A DNA stretch of 64,000 bases. Source: Octopus vulgaris (taxonomy: Eukaryota). Shown here one piece after another: positions 46,076-60,924 of the stretch (the stretch's first letter is position 1; each line of letters opens with the position of its first letter). The notes under the pieces were generated by a model, which did not search any database, had not been told where the DNA came from, and saw only the letters and a program-made list of their open reading frames with translations. Location of the stretch: positions 10,664,001 through 10,728,000 of the forward strand of contig OX597823.1 of NCBI GenBank assembly GCA_951406725.2. Reading direction: 5' to 3'. Made by a program: the position numbers and the translations under genes.

Positions 46076-46810
46076 TACATGAATCTGCGTGTGTCTTAGT
46101 GCTTTTGTTTTTCACTCACTTGACAGCCGGTGTTGGCTTATTTGCATTCCCGTAGTTTAGCAGTTCGGCAATGGAATTCCGACGAGTGCCAGACATAAAA
46201 CTAAATGCTGGTTCAATTGGATGGACTAAACCTTACCCACCGGTGCTCCAGCATGATCAGAGGCCCATGGATAAAACAAATAAAAGGATAGGATAATAAA
46301 GGAAATATAATAATTGACACAAATGAGACCCTGTCCTTCTATTGCCACAACAACAATGGAGCGAACCAATTAAGGAAATTACATTTTTTTCCTATCCAGA
46401 TTGCTTTGTGATTTCGATATCTTTTTTATCGTTATTTTATTGTCTTTTTATGTTATTTGCCACAATTTGTGGGGGGGGGGGGTCAGCAGTTTTCCATCTT
46501 AATCTAACAGTCTAGTCCTACAGGACGCTTATTTTATTTCATTCCTTCTTAATATCCATGAAGAAATCGACTACAGACATCGCTTCTCCAAACATTTTAT
46601 AGTTCATTTTATCTTAATTTTCTTTCCCAAATCTTAAATATTTTCGCTTTTCTTTTTCTCTCATTCCTTTCGTTAGCTTCCTCGGCCCCTTCACTCTTTC
46701 TCTTTGTCCCTCTCTTTCTCTATCTCTCACTCTCACACTCTTTCTTTTTCTCTCTCTCTCACACACACACACTCTTTCTCTTTCTTATACATACACTCTC
46801 TTTATTGTGC

Positions 46811-46866
<56 letters not shown>

Positions 46867-46973
46867 ATATGTATATATATATATATGTATATATATGTAT
46901 ATATGTATATATGTATATATATATGTATATACATATGTATATATATATATATGTGTGTTCATACACATACATA

Positions 46974-47085
<112 letters not shown>

Positions 47086-47858
47086 CACACATTTATGTGA
47101 AATATATAATTTTATATTTCTGCTTAATTGTTCTCCGAAATAATGCCTTCCTACCACAAATAACTCCATTGTTATTTCTTGCATCCTATATTGGAAGCTA
47201 TATATTCAACGAACAATATGAATCGTCAAAGACAGGAACATATTTCTAGTTCAGTCGAGATGTAACAATGATTCTCTGTAGTTTCGGAGTTTACATTTGT
47301 TGCAAGTTTATTAAGAATTTATTCTGTATTTCTTTACACTTCCATAACCGATTCATACTATATGTATTTCTTATCTCATTAGAAAGAAAATGCGATTCCT
47401 GAAGAGATCAGTGTAAAAACAGTATATTCAGAAGTTTAGCATTTTCGTTAGTCTCAGAACATTTAGTGATAGCTTGGTATACTAAATATTAAATGGCTGG
47501 AACAAGAAACGTTTAGTTATGGTTGCAATAATGGTATAACAAAGTACAGGAAGAATGAACAGCACAAAAATATAATATTCGAAATATAATGTAAAAGAAA
47601 ACAAACACAAAAAATATCCTTTCAGAGAGAGCAATAATTTTCCTGGCATTTAAAAAAAAATATATCGGCAAAATGTCGATATCGACAAAAAGGCAACCTG
47701 TCTCTCTCTCTTCCCATCTGCCATTCTTTCTATCTAGATGTCTATCTACCTCTGCATGTTTCTCTGTGTGTATTTATGTATGTATGTATGTATGTATGTA
47801 TGTGTGTGTGTATGTATGTATGTATGTATGTATGTATGTATGTATGTATGTATGTATG

Positions 47859-47918
<60 letters not shown>

Positions 47919-47944
47919 TCAAATATACACATGCATATATTCAT

Positions 47945-48430
47945 AAATATATAACTTAGAAAGGTTTTGGCCCGTATTGGCCCAGGCCATGTCTAACTTA
48001 ATAGCACCACCTGGCGAAGTCTTTCAATTCAGGATTTGGGTACCAAGGCCCATTCGAGCAGAGAGTTATTGTTTGAGGAGACATATCCCGGTGTGGGTGG
48101 TTTGTCCGGGACTGTTTGAAGGAATTTTTCCAAAGACTTCTTGAATTTTGTGTGGTCAGTTGACACTATGGATTTCCACAACGCAAACTGGGAAGTGATC
48201 AGTAATGATCTTGCACAAGTCGATTGGTCCTTCGCGTACACATACACACCCACTAACATCAAAAACATCAAAAAGTCCTGGCAGTCATTTGTAGACACCA
48301 TTACGAACATATGTACAAAACACACCCCATTAAGATCTGCAAACAAATCTAAGTGCAGAATCCCTAGAAATAGAAAAACTCTCATCAGGAAAATTAAAAG
48401 AATTAACAAAAAAATCAACAAGCTATGTTT
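47945..48430 (-). mobile_element. CR1-type LINE 3' end fused to an inverted internal ORF2 fragment
   Basis: Minus 47945-48165: KFKKSLEKFLQTVPDKPPTPGYVSSNNNSLLEW plus 3' hairpin tail. Plus ~48168-48430: DFHNANWEVISNDLAQVDW...WQSFVDTITNICTKHTP (endonuclease-RT linker). Confidence 0.75.
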
Positions 48431-49103
48431 TTTCATAAATATATAGCTTGATAAGAGATGAAACCGAAACTTTTGGCCCCTGATCCATTTCTATAATTTT
48501 TCAGCTAATGAATAGTTGTGTGCATGTATTGCGTTTGTGTGTGTGTGTGTGTGTGTTCCAATAAAAGTATGTATAAAGGCTGAAAGTGTGTCTTTGGTAC
48601 TGGGTTCGCAAATTCCGTATCAAGACTCCACAGATATCCTCTCTCTCTCTTATATTTTTCTAACCACATTGGTGTGCAGAGGGTAGCTGATTTCCACAAC
48701 AGAACATATGCTTCCCTTGAGGTCTCACACAACAATATCAGACCGTTTGCATTTTTAACTTGGTGGCTGTTTTAATTGTTGAGTTCCACAAATATTCTTA
48801 CGGCCCCTCGGTCTCAAAATGCTCTACTTCGTCTGTAAATGTTTTCTCTTTTAGCCTGTTCTGTCCACCGCATCATACCTCATGGGAAGATACTATCTGA
48901 AAGACATTCCCTCGCAGGTGGCAATAACATTTTCAGTCTTGGTCATGCGCAGCCTATATTTGTTGTCTCTCAACGTTTTATGCCTTCTATGTTGTAGTTA
49001 CTTGGTGTATAACTCTTGCTCTACACCAAGTATGGCGGTAGCCTTCGAAGTGGGATTGTCCGAACTCCATGCCAAGCTTTTGACATGTCTCTTTTAATGA
49101 TTT

Positions 49104-49134
49104 GTGTGTGTATGTATGTATGTATGTATGTATG

Positions 49135-49168
<34 letters not shown>

Positions 49169-49329
49169 TGTATATATGTATGGATGGATAGATGGATGGA
49201 TGGATGGATGGATATAATAGATAGGTAAGTAGGTAGGTGGGTAGGTAGGTAGGTATGTATGTATGTATGTATGTATGTATGTATGTATGTAGGTAGGTAG
49301 GTAGGTAGGTAGGTAGGTAGGTAGGTAGG

Positions 49330-49402
<73 letters not shown>

Positions 49403-49443
49403 GGATGGATGGATGGATGGATGGATGGATGGATGGATGGATG

Positions 49444-49534
<91 letters not shown>

Positions 49535-49559
49535 TGATTGATGTTTGGAGGGATGGATG

Positions 49560-49639
<80 letters not shown>

Positions 49640-49640
49640 T
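49104..49640. repeat. Compound tetranucleotide microsatellite (GTAT/GGAT/GGTA/GATA)
   Basis: Directly visible. Confidence 0.97.
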
Positions 49641-51076
49641 TATGAACATGAACACAAAATGGAAGACACACGAGAGAGACAAGTTTTAACAAATATTGTA
49701 CTAGCTTAACGCTTAGATATTTAAATGTATATATCTATATGTGTCTGTGTATGTATATGCATGTATATATGCATGCATGCGTGTATGTATGTTTCCAACG
49801 CTTTAAACCATCATGTAACGATTTAAATAGTGAAATGAATTCGAATAATATGTAAAGGTTAATATTCCAGGCAGAGTCTTTAATCAAAGTGACTGTAGCT
49901 AGTTCAAAATTGCAATAAAAGGATATTTTTCGTCACAGATTCGATCCTGTTGTGCAGAAGTCTGATTATTAAGTGATATACCATGTCTCCTACACCAATT
50001 TAACCAATTGTAAAAAGAGAAAACTCATATATTTCTCATGTACTTTATGACATACAGCATAGAAGCTTGTAATGTTACGGATGTCTTTTTGTATTCATGG
50101 CCTCCGTTATCATTGTATCTCGTTCTAATCATCTTCCACACAATACAATGATAAAATAGAAATATTGGAGTTTGTAGGTTAATAAATTATTAATAACAAT
50201 GAGATAACATTTGATGAATTCGCTGACAGAAGTCATCATGAGACTTAACGCTTTCACAAGGCTTTTACATAAAATAGACATTTCTATTTTTTATTCCATA
50301 GTCTGATATAAATAGCTATAATCAAAAATTATTGTAATAATTACATACAGATGCAATCGCATCACTATGGTTTTCTTATCGTTCATTAGATAAAATAAAA
50401 CTGCGTTTTTCTTTGACTCTGTTGAAAGGATTTCAGCATTACTCAGTGGTTATTTTAATGGATTCGGAGAAACCTTTCCGCAAAGAAAACAAAAAACAAC
50501 AGACCATTTCTATTGATCACAGACTTAGATGAATTGTTTTGACTCATCATTTCTGATTATTTCAATAAACCAGGCATCGCTTTACATTTCTAAATGAGAA
50601 AAGAAAAATTGACATATAATGAAAAATAAAGACTTGAGAGTGAAAATGGGTTGTGTTGAGTTGAAAGCAGTAAATTCACGGATTTGAAGTTGGTCGGGTT
50701 GGTCACGTGTAGTAATGTGAAAGGTTGGTAAAGCAGCCTTGGAGGCAACCACTAGATCGCATTTCTGCTTAGTTTTTATACCTGCAATGGTTATTATCAA
50801 AATACTCTTATAACTACACTCTAGCTTCTTTCAAATAGGGAACAATGTATTTGAGTACTCCAAGATAAACTGTGTCTGGCAAGGTGTTTAAAAGTATTTC
50901 ACCAGAAGTTTGCTCGATGCTGACTGATTTATAAACAACAACCGCATCGTAACTATGATCAACACAACAGGGATTTTACACTAGAAGTACCGAGCGGTCA
51001 TATATAACTGCTTTTGCTATTTACTTTTTAGTTTATACAACCCCATTGAATGTGCAATCATGAGCATCATTTCTTA

Positions 51077-51131
<55 letters not shown>

Positions 51132-51200
51132 TTTTTTTAACGCAAATAAATGCTAAAAGACTGTATTTTCAAGTCCCGTTTTCATTGCATTAGCTTATAT

Positions 51201-51366
51201 AGGCGCAGGAGTGGCTGTGTGGTAAGTAGGTTGCTTACCAACCTCATGGTTCCGGGTTCAGTCCCACTGCGTGGCATCTTGGGCAAGTGTCTTCTACTAT
51301 AGCCTCAGGCTGACCAAAGCCTTGTGAGTGGATTTGGTAGACGGAAACTCAAAGAAGCCCGTCGTT

Positions 51367-51397
<31 letters not shown>

Positions 51398-51610
51398 ATG
51401 TTTGTGTGTGTGTGTTTGTCCCCCTAGCATTGCTTGACAACCGATGCTGGTGTGTTTACGTCCCCGTCACTTAGCGGTTCGGCAAAGAGACCGCTAGAAT
51501 AAGTACTGGGCTTACAAAGAATAATTCCAGGGGTCGATTTGCTCGACTAAAGGCGGTGCTCCAGCATGGCCGCAGTCAAATGACTGAAACAAGTACAAGA
51601 GTACAAGAGT
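51201..51610 (+). mobile_element. SINE family B, complete
   Basis: Full match. Confidence 0.92.
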
Positions 51611-52317
51611 ATATTTGAAACAAATTGTATTAAATAAAGAATTCCAATGCCGGTCAAGAATGCCCGCTATGGACATTGTAAGAAATAAGAAATGTTAGTA
51701 CTTCTAGTGCTCTTTGTTTCTATGTATGTTTAGAGTGCAATATATACAGTCACTGTTCAAAGCAGTGGAGTTACGACGGAATTTCCAGCTATCTAATTAA
51801 ATTTCAATACTTAGTTCACGTCCTACTGAGAACTTGGGCATCAAGTTCTTTGAGCTTGGAAAATACGATGGAAAATCCCATCTGTTTAGGGACTGCATCT
51901 TCATTTTACTTTTCATCAACAACATAGGATTAAACGATTAATAACCATAATTATTATCTCATAACAACCACCGTTTTTATTATAAGTAACAGTACTGTAT
52001 TTTCACCAACTTCACTAGCGATACCAACGTAAATCTAATATGAATTCAATTATAATCTTATGACTAAATTCTGTCTTAAAGTATGGGAAACTTAGGTAGT
52101 TACTTGGAGTTCTGCATGAATCTAGGAACCAAATGCTAAGCGATGCCTGCTGTGGCTTTCATTCGACAGATAACTATGAGCTCCAGTGTTTTGCTTTACC
52201 TGAGTGAGGTGTCAATCAAAGCTGTTAAGACATCCTTGCTTATAAACGTGAAGCTATTTACAGGTAAATTCTAAGATTAACATCTAAGATTAATACTTCG
52301 GCATCTCTCTATCTATC

Positions 52318-52607
52318 TTTTACTCATTTACTCATTTACTTGTTTCAGTCATTTGACTGTGGCCATGCTGGAGCACCTCCTTTAGTCGAGCAAATCAACC
52401 CCAGGACTTATTCTTTGTAATCCTTGTACTTATTCGATCGGTCTCTTTTTCCGAACCGCTAAGTTACAGGGACGTAAACACACCAGCATCGGTTGTCAAG
52501 CGATGTTGGTGGGGGGACAAACACAGACACACAAACATATACACACACACATACATACATACATACATACATGCATACATACATACATACATACATACAT
52601 ACATACA

Positions 52608-52671
<64 letters not shown>

Positions 52672-52843
52672 CATATATACGACGGGCTTCTTTCAGTTTC
52701 CGTCTACCAAATCCAGTCACAAGGCTTCGGTCGACCCGAAGTTATAGCAGAAGACACGTGTCCAAGGTGCCACGCAATGGGACTGAACCCGGAACCATGT
52801 GGTTCGTAAGCAAGCTACTTACCACACAGCCACTCCTATGCCT
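52318..52843 (-). mobile_element. SINE family B, complete
   Basis: Reverse complement match; internal (TACA)n/(TA)n. Confidence 0.92.
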
Positions 52844-54703
52844 ATCTGTTGGAAATAACAGGGGAATCACCTTGGATTCTATTCCTAATGCCTTAAAAAA
52901 GAATTCTTTGGACAATATAGTCCAATGTAGTTGCTTATAAAGCATGAATGGTCACGACTGGTTCAATTTCAGCATTAGATGCTGCATGTTGCTATTGCTT
53001 CAACTCACGCCAGACTTGATCCAACAGATATGTGACCAATGGTGTTCCGTCCATTGCTCGGATTCTACGTGTTTAGTATTTTATTATCCAACCTGTCCTC
53101 CTTTTTCAAGATGTGTGTGGTTTCAGGAACGTTTGGTTACTATTTCTAGCTGGACAAGTGACAACGTACAGGCTTCCCGTTATATCTTGAACGACGCTAT
53201 ATTTTTTTTTTTAATTCTGTTTACTTTATATATGTGCCAAGATTTTATCAATACTTCCGTTTCTGAAACTAACACTGAACTAAAAAAAAAAAAAAAAGTC
53301 AGTGAGTTTGGAATATATATTTTCTTTTCCTCTTCTTTCTTTTCCTGCATAATATTGATTTCAAAATAATTCTCATTAAATCTAAATTAAGTAATTTATT
53401 TATTTAATTTTCATATTTTTAGCTCATTTATATTTAAGCTTCTTTGTCACAGGTATTTTTGAGCAAAAATAAAATATGATAATACACGTGCAAGCATTAA
53501 CGGCATAATCAATACATAACATAGTGACGATCCACTGAGGAAGCGTCTACTTGGTCGTTCGACCTGCAAGAAATAGCAGGGAAATCGAAGGAAGGACACA
53601 TTGGACAGCAACATTGGTAAACAAACAGACGAATTGATCATGGTATGAACGCCTTTGATTATAGGTCAGAAGTATTATAGCTGACCTGGGGCTAAAAATA
53701 CAGTAGCAGACAATAATCAATATGGCGTCTTATTTGAACATGTTTACAAAGAGAAACGAAAGTTACGTGGGGTGTAAAGAATGGAAAATATAGTTAGAAA
53801 ATTCTTCTGGTTCCATACAGAATTTCATTTACATTTCGTTCACGTTTGATCGTCTCTTCACCCTCTTCTTGTTTTGTAGAGAACCCAAATATAATTACAC
53901 GTTCCTAAAATTCACCGGAAAATATTTTGTCAAAACTCGTTATTGTCGATTGTTTTGTTTGCGAAGTGACCAGGAATCGTTAAAATGTAAGGGTTTTCTT
54001 TCTTGGCTCATTAAGAAGACAGTGAAATTTGAAATATTTTTGCTTGGAAATGTTTGCTTTGAAATTCGAGAAAAAAAAAAGCAATATGGCATCCAGTGTT
54101 GTTGCAAGTAAAAAGAAAGAGATGTGGTAAGAGGAATACCATGCGTTAGCATTCGTACGATTACTGCTACCATCACCTCGCCTTTACTACCATCATCACT
54201 AACGACACAACTGTAACGCTGGCTCCACAAAAAATGGGGGGAAATGAACACTACCACCATCTTCCCATTAGAGTCACCAATATTATCATCGTTCCCACCA
54301 GCAGTCATGCGCAAGAAGTCTGCTACTAGAACCAACTGTAGCTTCATAACAACACGCCATTACCACCACATACTCGAGTAGCAATAATGAACAGCAATAA
54401 AAGACAAAGAAGCAATAGCAAAATAGAAAATACAAAAAACGTCTCCCTCGGTGGATGAGACAGAACAGTCACGTGAGATGTTAGGAGAGAAATCATAGTT
54501 ATCTAACCATTCATACTAGAATTATCCTAGAATAAGAAAATAAACGTGGTGGGATAATCGAGTACTGACTGAGTCAGTGCAAAATAAAGTGCCTAAAACA
54601 GTAGAGGGAAAAGTGTAAATTCAGACATTTGTATCTGACGCAATGTGTCAATGTGGGATTTCACACAGAAGTCCAAATGACTGTCCACTTCATTCAACAT
54701 GGC

Positions 54704-55131
54704 TATTTCTTTACTACCCACAAGGGGCGAAACATAGAGGGTACAAACAAGGACAGACAAAGGGATTAAATCGATTACATCGACCCCAGTGCGTAACTGG
54801 TACTTATTTAATCGACCCCGCAAGGATGAAAGGCAAAGTCGACCTCGGCGGTATTTGAACTCAGAACGTAGCAGCAGACAAAATACCTATTTCTTTATTA
54901 CCCACAAGGGGCTAAACTTAGAGGGGACAAACAAGGACAGACAAAGGGATTAAATCGATTACATCGACCCCAGTGCGTAACTGGTACTTATTTAATCGAC
55001 CCCGCAAGGATGAAAGGCAAAGTCGACCTCGGCGGTATTTGAACTCAGAACGTAGCAGCAGACAAAATACCGCTAAGCATTTTGCCCGGCGTGCTAACGT
55101 TTCTGCCAGCTCGCCGCCTTCTGCCAGCTCG
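54704..55131 (-). mobile_element. SINE family C dimer with partly duplicated leader
   Basis: Two near-identical bodies plus one head; junction aaaatacc|tatttc on the plus strand; TSD aacatggc (54696-703/55132-39). Confidence 0.92.
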
Positions 55132-56349
55132 AACATGGCAGCTATAAAAACACGCTCTCCCCTCCATTTACAGTGTCAGCGATTTGTGGAGATGAAAGTG
55201 TGGAAAATACCCGCACAAAAATAAGCGTATTATGGTTGTCAAAAAAAAAAAGAGGTATCACCAATCAGAAGAGAGGGAAGAGAACATCACCTTTCAAGTA
55301 ACTCAGAATAGGTAAAGGTAAGCTTGCCAAAGTTGAATGCAGTTTCAATATGTAGATTAAGATAATTTGGTATTGGATATTCATCAGGTATAGTTTTCCT
55401 AGTCAACTGAATCACTGTTGTAAGTGGACAGCAGAAATAATTAGACGAAATCCTTTCACTTTTATAAAAAGATTAAAAAGAAAATGAGGGCAAAAAGCAC
55501 TCGTTTTTTCACCGTGAAAACCGTTTCCTAGTTGCCGGAATTTTGCGACAAAATGTATGTTTATTAAGCACAACAATCTGAAGTGCATGCCACTAGGCAT
55601 TAAAAGCCAATTGCATAAACGTAGAGGGGCGCTGGGCCCCATTGAATTGACAAAAATTACTCTTTTTGCTATAGCAACCACATCTTTATAGCTTGCGAAT
55701 TTTAACCATCGCGGGTCTCATCCTCAGCACGCATTTAGTATCCCTGCCAATTTCCAGCTCGATCCTAGCCTCGGTTTGGCCGCCATTAACCGCCAAAGCA
55801 AAATGTGCATACATTGTCGTCCAAGGACTGTTTGGAACATCTTCTACCCAGATCGATAGATGCAAGCAATTCGGAGTAGTTATCTCTTCTTCACCATCAA
55901 TAACTAGAAAGAGAAGCGCTACGAACTGACTACGAAAGAATAGGTGTCCCTTATTATATTCCAGTTAATGTACTATGACTGGTTGCGCTAATCGGTGGCC
56001 CGGCCATAATACAATGAGTGACATTAGATGCCCGAAGCAGTGACGAGAAGTGGATAATCTTAAAACCATTTCAAATGTGTTTGAGTGGGGTTTTTTAACC
56101 TGTTAACGATTTTCACTGGAATTTGTCATAGGGGGAGATAAAATTCTCATTTAATATTAAAAGATGTGAAAATACATTCAGTCAGCTTATGCATAATTTT
56201 TCCTCTCCTCGGAAAATTGGAATGACAAGTCCCTAGAGCTCTTAAAATCTCTGAAACCTATTTGAATGGATCTTAAGTTCCTATAACACCAGTCACTTCT
56301 TCGTGCATCTACCCGTAAAAAATGTTTCCAGACTGTAATGTTTCTTATC

Positions 56350-56515
56350 AGGAGTGGCTGTGTGGTAAGTAGCTTGCTAACCAACCACATGGTTCCGGGT
56401 TCAGTCCCACTGCGTGGCATCTTGGGCAAGTGTCTTCTGCTAAAGCCCCGGGCCGACCAATGCCTTGTGAGTGGATTTGGTAGACGGAAACTGAAAGAAG
56501 ACTGTCGTATATATG

Positions 56516-56549
<34 letters not shown>

Positions 56550-56577
56550 AGTGAGTAGTCTGTGTGAGTGTGTGAGT

Positions 56578-56618
<41 letters not shown>

Positions 56619-56888
56619 TATATGTGTGTGTGAGTATGTGTCTGTGTGTCTGTGTGTGTGTCTGTGTGTGTGTGTGAGTGTGTGAGTGTGTGTGTGTGTT
56701 TGTGTGTGGGTCTGTGCTTGTGCCCCCCAGCATCGCTTGACAACCGATGGTGGTGTGTTTACGCCCCCGTAACTTAGCGCTTACGATAGAATAAGTACTA
56801 AGTCCTGGGGGTCGATTTGTTCGACCAAAGACGGTGCTCCAGCAAGGCCGCAATCAAATGGCCGAAACAAATGAAAGAATAAAAGAAT
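56350..56888 (+). mobile_element. SINE family B
   Basis: Match with expanded internal (GT)n. Confidence 0.9.
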
Positions 56889-57475
56889 ACACACGTTCAC
56901 GAACGAGCACATTCGTCCATACATTCAGAGAGACCGGCGTGAATATAAAATGTCTATCTTTGTGAAAGAAATAATTGCTGTGAGGAAAGGTCGAGTCTTA
57001 GAGTGTGAACGGCTGGTAAGAACACATTCGTCTTGCACCGTTGCTTCAAAGTGTGCTGACTTGTGAAATAAAAAGTCGGCAGAATATAAGCTAACGTTTT
57101 TTTTTTTTTTTTGACGTGTTGTTAAGCTGCTGTAAATCTTTGCTGGCAGATATTCGTCGACAATTTAGTTCGGGTAGACTTGATCAAATTCTATATCGCT
57201 TCGCTACTGCTAATTTCTTCAGTTCCGATTCTCTTCTTGGTTTTATTCTCATCTTACTTATTGCAGCATTTTTTTCCCCCCTTCTTATAGTAATCAATAG
57301 CGTTAAATCTACAAAAGCTTCTCTTTTATTTTTCCTTTATATTTTTCTAGAATACTTTGCCGAATTTTCTCTTTACTTTACATTTTTTTTTCTTTCTAAG
57401 TTTTACTTTAAATTCGCCATTGGCAATTTCGAGATTTGGCATTTAAAAGTCGGATGTTGAATACTACACACACAG

Positions 57476-57536
<61 letters not shown>

Positions 57537-57989
57537 CATATATAACGTATATGTATATATATAACGTATATGTATATATATATATATATAATTTATATAT
57601 ATATATATATGTGTGTGTTTGTGCGTATGTGCATATATATATATATGTATGTATGTATATGTGTATATACATACATACATACATATATACATGCATTCAT
57701 ATATATGAATGTATAACTCTCTCCCACTATACATACTCATACACATATTACAATCCATTTCTTTTCGACTTTGAGTAACATACGCTTCTAATCTTCTTCC
57801 CATCATATCTTCTCTTGAGCCTTATCAAAATATCATGTTCGACCTTCATTTTATCTGTCCCTTCTCTCTATCTCTCTCCCCTTATTATCCTTTTTTTTTT
57901 TTCTAGTCTTGTATTCTTCTCTAGTACCATCTCCCTCCATGTCATATCGTAAGAATGTAATCAATGCATCAATACACACTCGTTTCCAA

Positions 57990-60240
57990 GACGGCGAGCT
58001 GGCAGAAACGTTAGCACGCCGGGAGAAATGCTTAGCGGTATTTCGTTTGCCGTTACGTTCCGAGATCAAATTCCGCCGAGGTTGACTTTGCCTTTCATCC
58101 TTCCGGGGTCGATAAATTAAGTACCAGTTATGCACTGGGATCGATATAATCGACTTAATCCGTTTGTCTGTCCTTGTTTGTTCCCTCTGTGTGTAGCCCC
58201 CTGTGGGTAGTAAAGAAATAGGTATTTCGTCCGTTTTTATGTTCTGAGTTGAAATTCCACCGAGGTCGACTTTGCCTTTCATCCTTTCGGGGTCGATAAA
58301 TTAAGTACCAGTTATGCACTGGGATCGATATAATCGACTTAATCCGTTTGTCTGGCCTTGTTTGTCCCCTCTATGTTTAGCTCCTTGTGGGTAGTAAAGA
58401 AATAGGTATTTCGTCTGCTGTTACATTCTGAGTTCAAATTCCGCCGAGGTCGACTTTGCCTTTCATCCTTTCGGGGTCGATAAATTAAGTACCAGTTACG
58501 AACTGGGGTCGATGTAATCGACTTAATACCTATGTCTGTCCTTGTTTGTTCCCTCTGTGTTTAGCCCCTTGTGGGTAATAAAGAAATAGGTATTTCGTTT
58601 GCCGTCAGGTTCTGTGATCAAATTCAGCCGAGGTCGACTTTGCCTTTCATCCTCTCGGGATGGATAAATTAAGTACCAGTTATGCACTGGGATCGATATA
58701 ATCGACTTAATCCGTTTGTCTGGCCTTGTTTTTTCCCTCTGTGTGTAGCCCCCTGTGGGTAGTAAAGAAATAGGTATTTCGTCCGTTTTTACGTTCTGAG
58801 TTGAAATTCCACCGAGGTCGACTTTGCCTTTCATCCTTTCGGGGTCGATAAATTAAGTGCCAGTTATGCACTGGGGTCGATGTAATCGACTTAATCCCTT
58901 TGTCTGTCCTTGTTTGTCCCCTCTATGTTTAGCCCCTTGTGGGTAGTAAAGAAATAGGTATTTCGTCTGCTGTTACGTTCTGAGTTGAAATTCCACCGAG
59001 GTTGACTTTGCCTTTCATCCTTCCGGGGTCGATAAATTAAGTACCAGTTATGCACTGGGATCGATATAATCGACTTAATCCGTTTGTCTGGCCTTGTTTG
59101 TTCCCTCTGTGTGTAGCCCCCTGTGGGTAGTAAAGAAATAGGTATTTCCTCCGTTTTTACGTTCTGAGTTGAAATTCCACCGAGGTCGACTTTGCCTTTC
59201 ATCCTTTCGGGGTCGATAAATTAAGTACCAGTTATGCACTGGGATCGATATAATCGACTTAATCCGTTTGTCTGTCCTTGTTTGTTCCCTCTGTGTGTAG
59301 CCCCTTGTGGGTAGTAAAGAAATAGGTATTTCGTCCGTTTTTACGTTCTGAGTTGAAATTCCACCGAGGTCGACTTTGCCTTTCATCCTTTCGGGGTCGA
59401 TAAATTAAGTACCAGTTATGCACTGGGATCGATATAATCGACTTAATCCGTTTGTCTGTCCTTGTTTGTCCCCTGTGTGTAGCCCCCTGTGGGTAGTAAA
59501 GAAATAGGTATTTCGTCCGTTTTTACGTTCTGAGTTGAAATTCCACCGAGGTCGACTTTGCCTTTCATCCTTTCGGGGTCGATAAATTAAGTACCAGTTA
59601 TGCACTGGGATCGATATAATCGACTTAATCCGTTTGTCTGTCCTTGTTTGTTCCCTCTGTGTGTAGCCTCTTGTGGGTAGTAAAGAAATAGGTATTTTGT
59701 CTGTCTTTACATTCTGAGTTCAAATTCCGCCGAGGTCGACTTTGCCTTTCATCCTTTCGGGGTCGATAAATTAAGTACCAGTTACGAACTGGGGTCGATG
59801 TAATCGACTTAATACCTATGTCTGTCCTTGTTTGTTCCCTCTGTGTTTAGCCCCTTGTGGGTAATAAAGAAATAGGTATTTCGTTTGCCGTCAGGTTCTG
59901 AGATCAAATTCAGCCGAGGTCGACTTTGCCTTTCACCCTCTCGGGATGAATAAATTATGTACCAGTTACGCACTGGGATCGATGTGATCGACTTAATCCG
60001 TTTATCTGTCCTTGTTTGTTCCCTCTGTGTGTAGCCCCTTGTGGGTAGTAAAGAAATAGGTATTTCGTCCGTTTTTACGTTCTGAGTTGAAATTCCACCG
60101 AGGTCGACTTTGCCTTTCATCCTTTCGAGGTCGATTAAATAAGTACCAGTTACGCACTGGGGTCGATGTAATCGACTTAATCTGTTTGTCTGTCCTTGTT
60201 TTCCCCTCTGTGTGTAGCCCCTTGTGGGCAGTAAAGAATA
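57990..60240 (+). repeat. SINE C concatemer: one head plus 12 tandem ~184-bp bodies
   Basis: Units start ggtattt at 58037, 58221, 58405, 58589, 58773, 58957, 59141, 59325, 59507, 59691, 59875, 60059. Confidence 0.95.
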
Positions 60241-60418
60241 AGAATCATTAGCATGCCAGGCGACTACGTTCTGAGTTCAAATTCCGCCGAGATTGACTTT
60301 GCCTTTCATCCTTTCGGGGTCGATAAATAAAGTACCAGTTGCGTACTGGGGTCGATCTAATCGACTGGCCCCTTCCCCCAAAATTTCGAGCTTTGTGCCG
60401 TGAGTAGAAAAGAATATT
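60241..60418 (+). mobile_element. SINE C alternative-tail variant abutting the array
   Basis: Partial head, B box, middle domain and ggccccttccccc...gtagaaaagaatatt tail. Confidence 0.8.
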
Positions 60419-60924
60419 GCTTATTTCCGTTTCCATTATACCAGTTTCATTTTAATTGCTTTGATACTTCTCGTGGTTTGTGTAATATGAGAAAGACATG
60501 AAATTGGACTGGTCTAGCCGTCATTTCCTGTTCGTTTAAACAATCTATAGTATGTACTTATGTAATTTCCTCGCTTGTCTTTCTGTTTCCTTTTTCTCTC
60601 TCTATCAATTTCTTTTTTTTAACTCAATCCTAAATTCTGCCATTTGTAAACCTCGGAGTGTCCTAGATTTAGTAGTGAGAGATATATATTTCCTAACAAC
60701 AGAGTATGCATTACAAACTATTTTGTAAGCAACTGGTTACTTATGTTTGTCAATTGTTTCATTGGTATCGGAAAGCAATAGGATTCATGTAACCGGAAGT
60801 GTCAGAAATATGAATATGTAACATTCATCCATACTGCTTTGGTGGCCCAGTAGGTAAAGGTGTTTAGAAGTAGTAACGTAACACAAAAGTTGAAGTTTCA
60901 AATCTCTGCCAAGGAACTATTTTT

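Noticed and set aside
55400-56050. Unique-looking block as a gene or regulatory element
   Set aside because: Short ORFs without motifs; contains ccaatttccagctcgatcc-type sequence suggestive of an old DNA-transposon interior; cannot be supported.
58523-60120. Repeated 103-aa ORFs MKGKVDLGG...
   Set aside because: Antisense translation of the SINE C tandem; 184 is not a multiple of 3.
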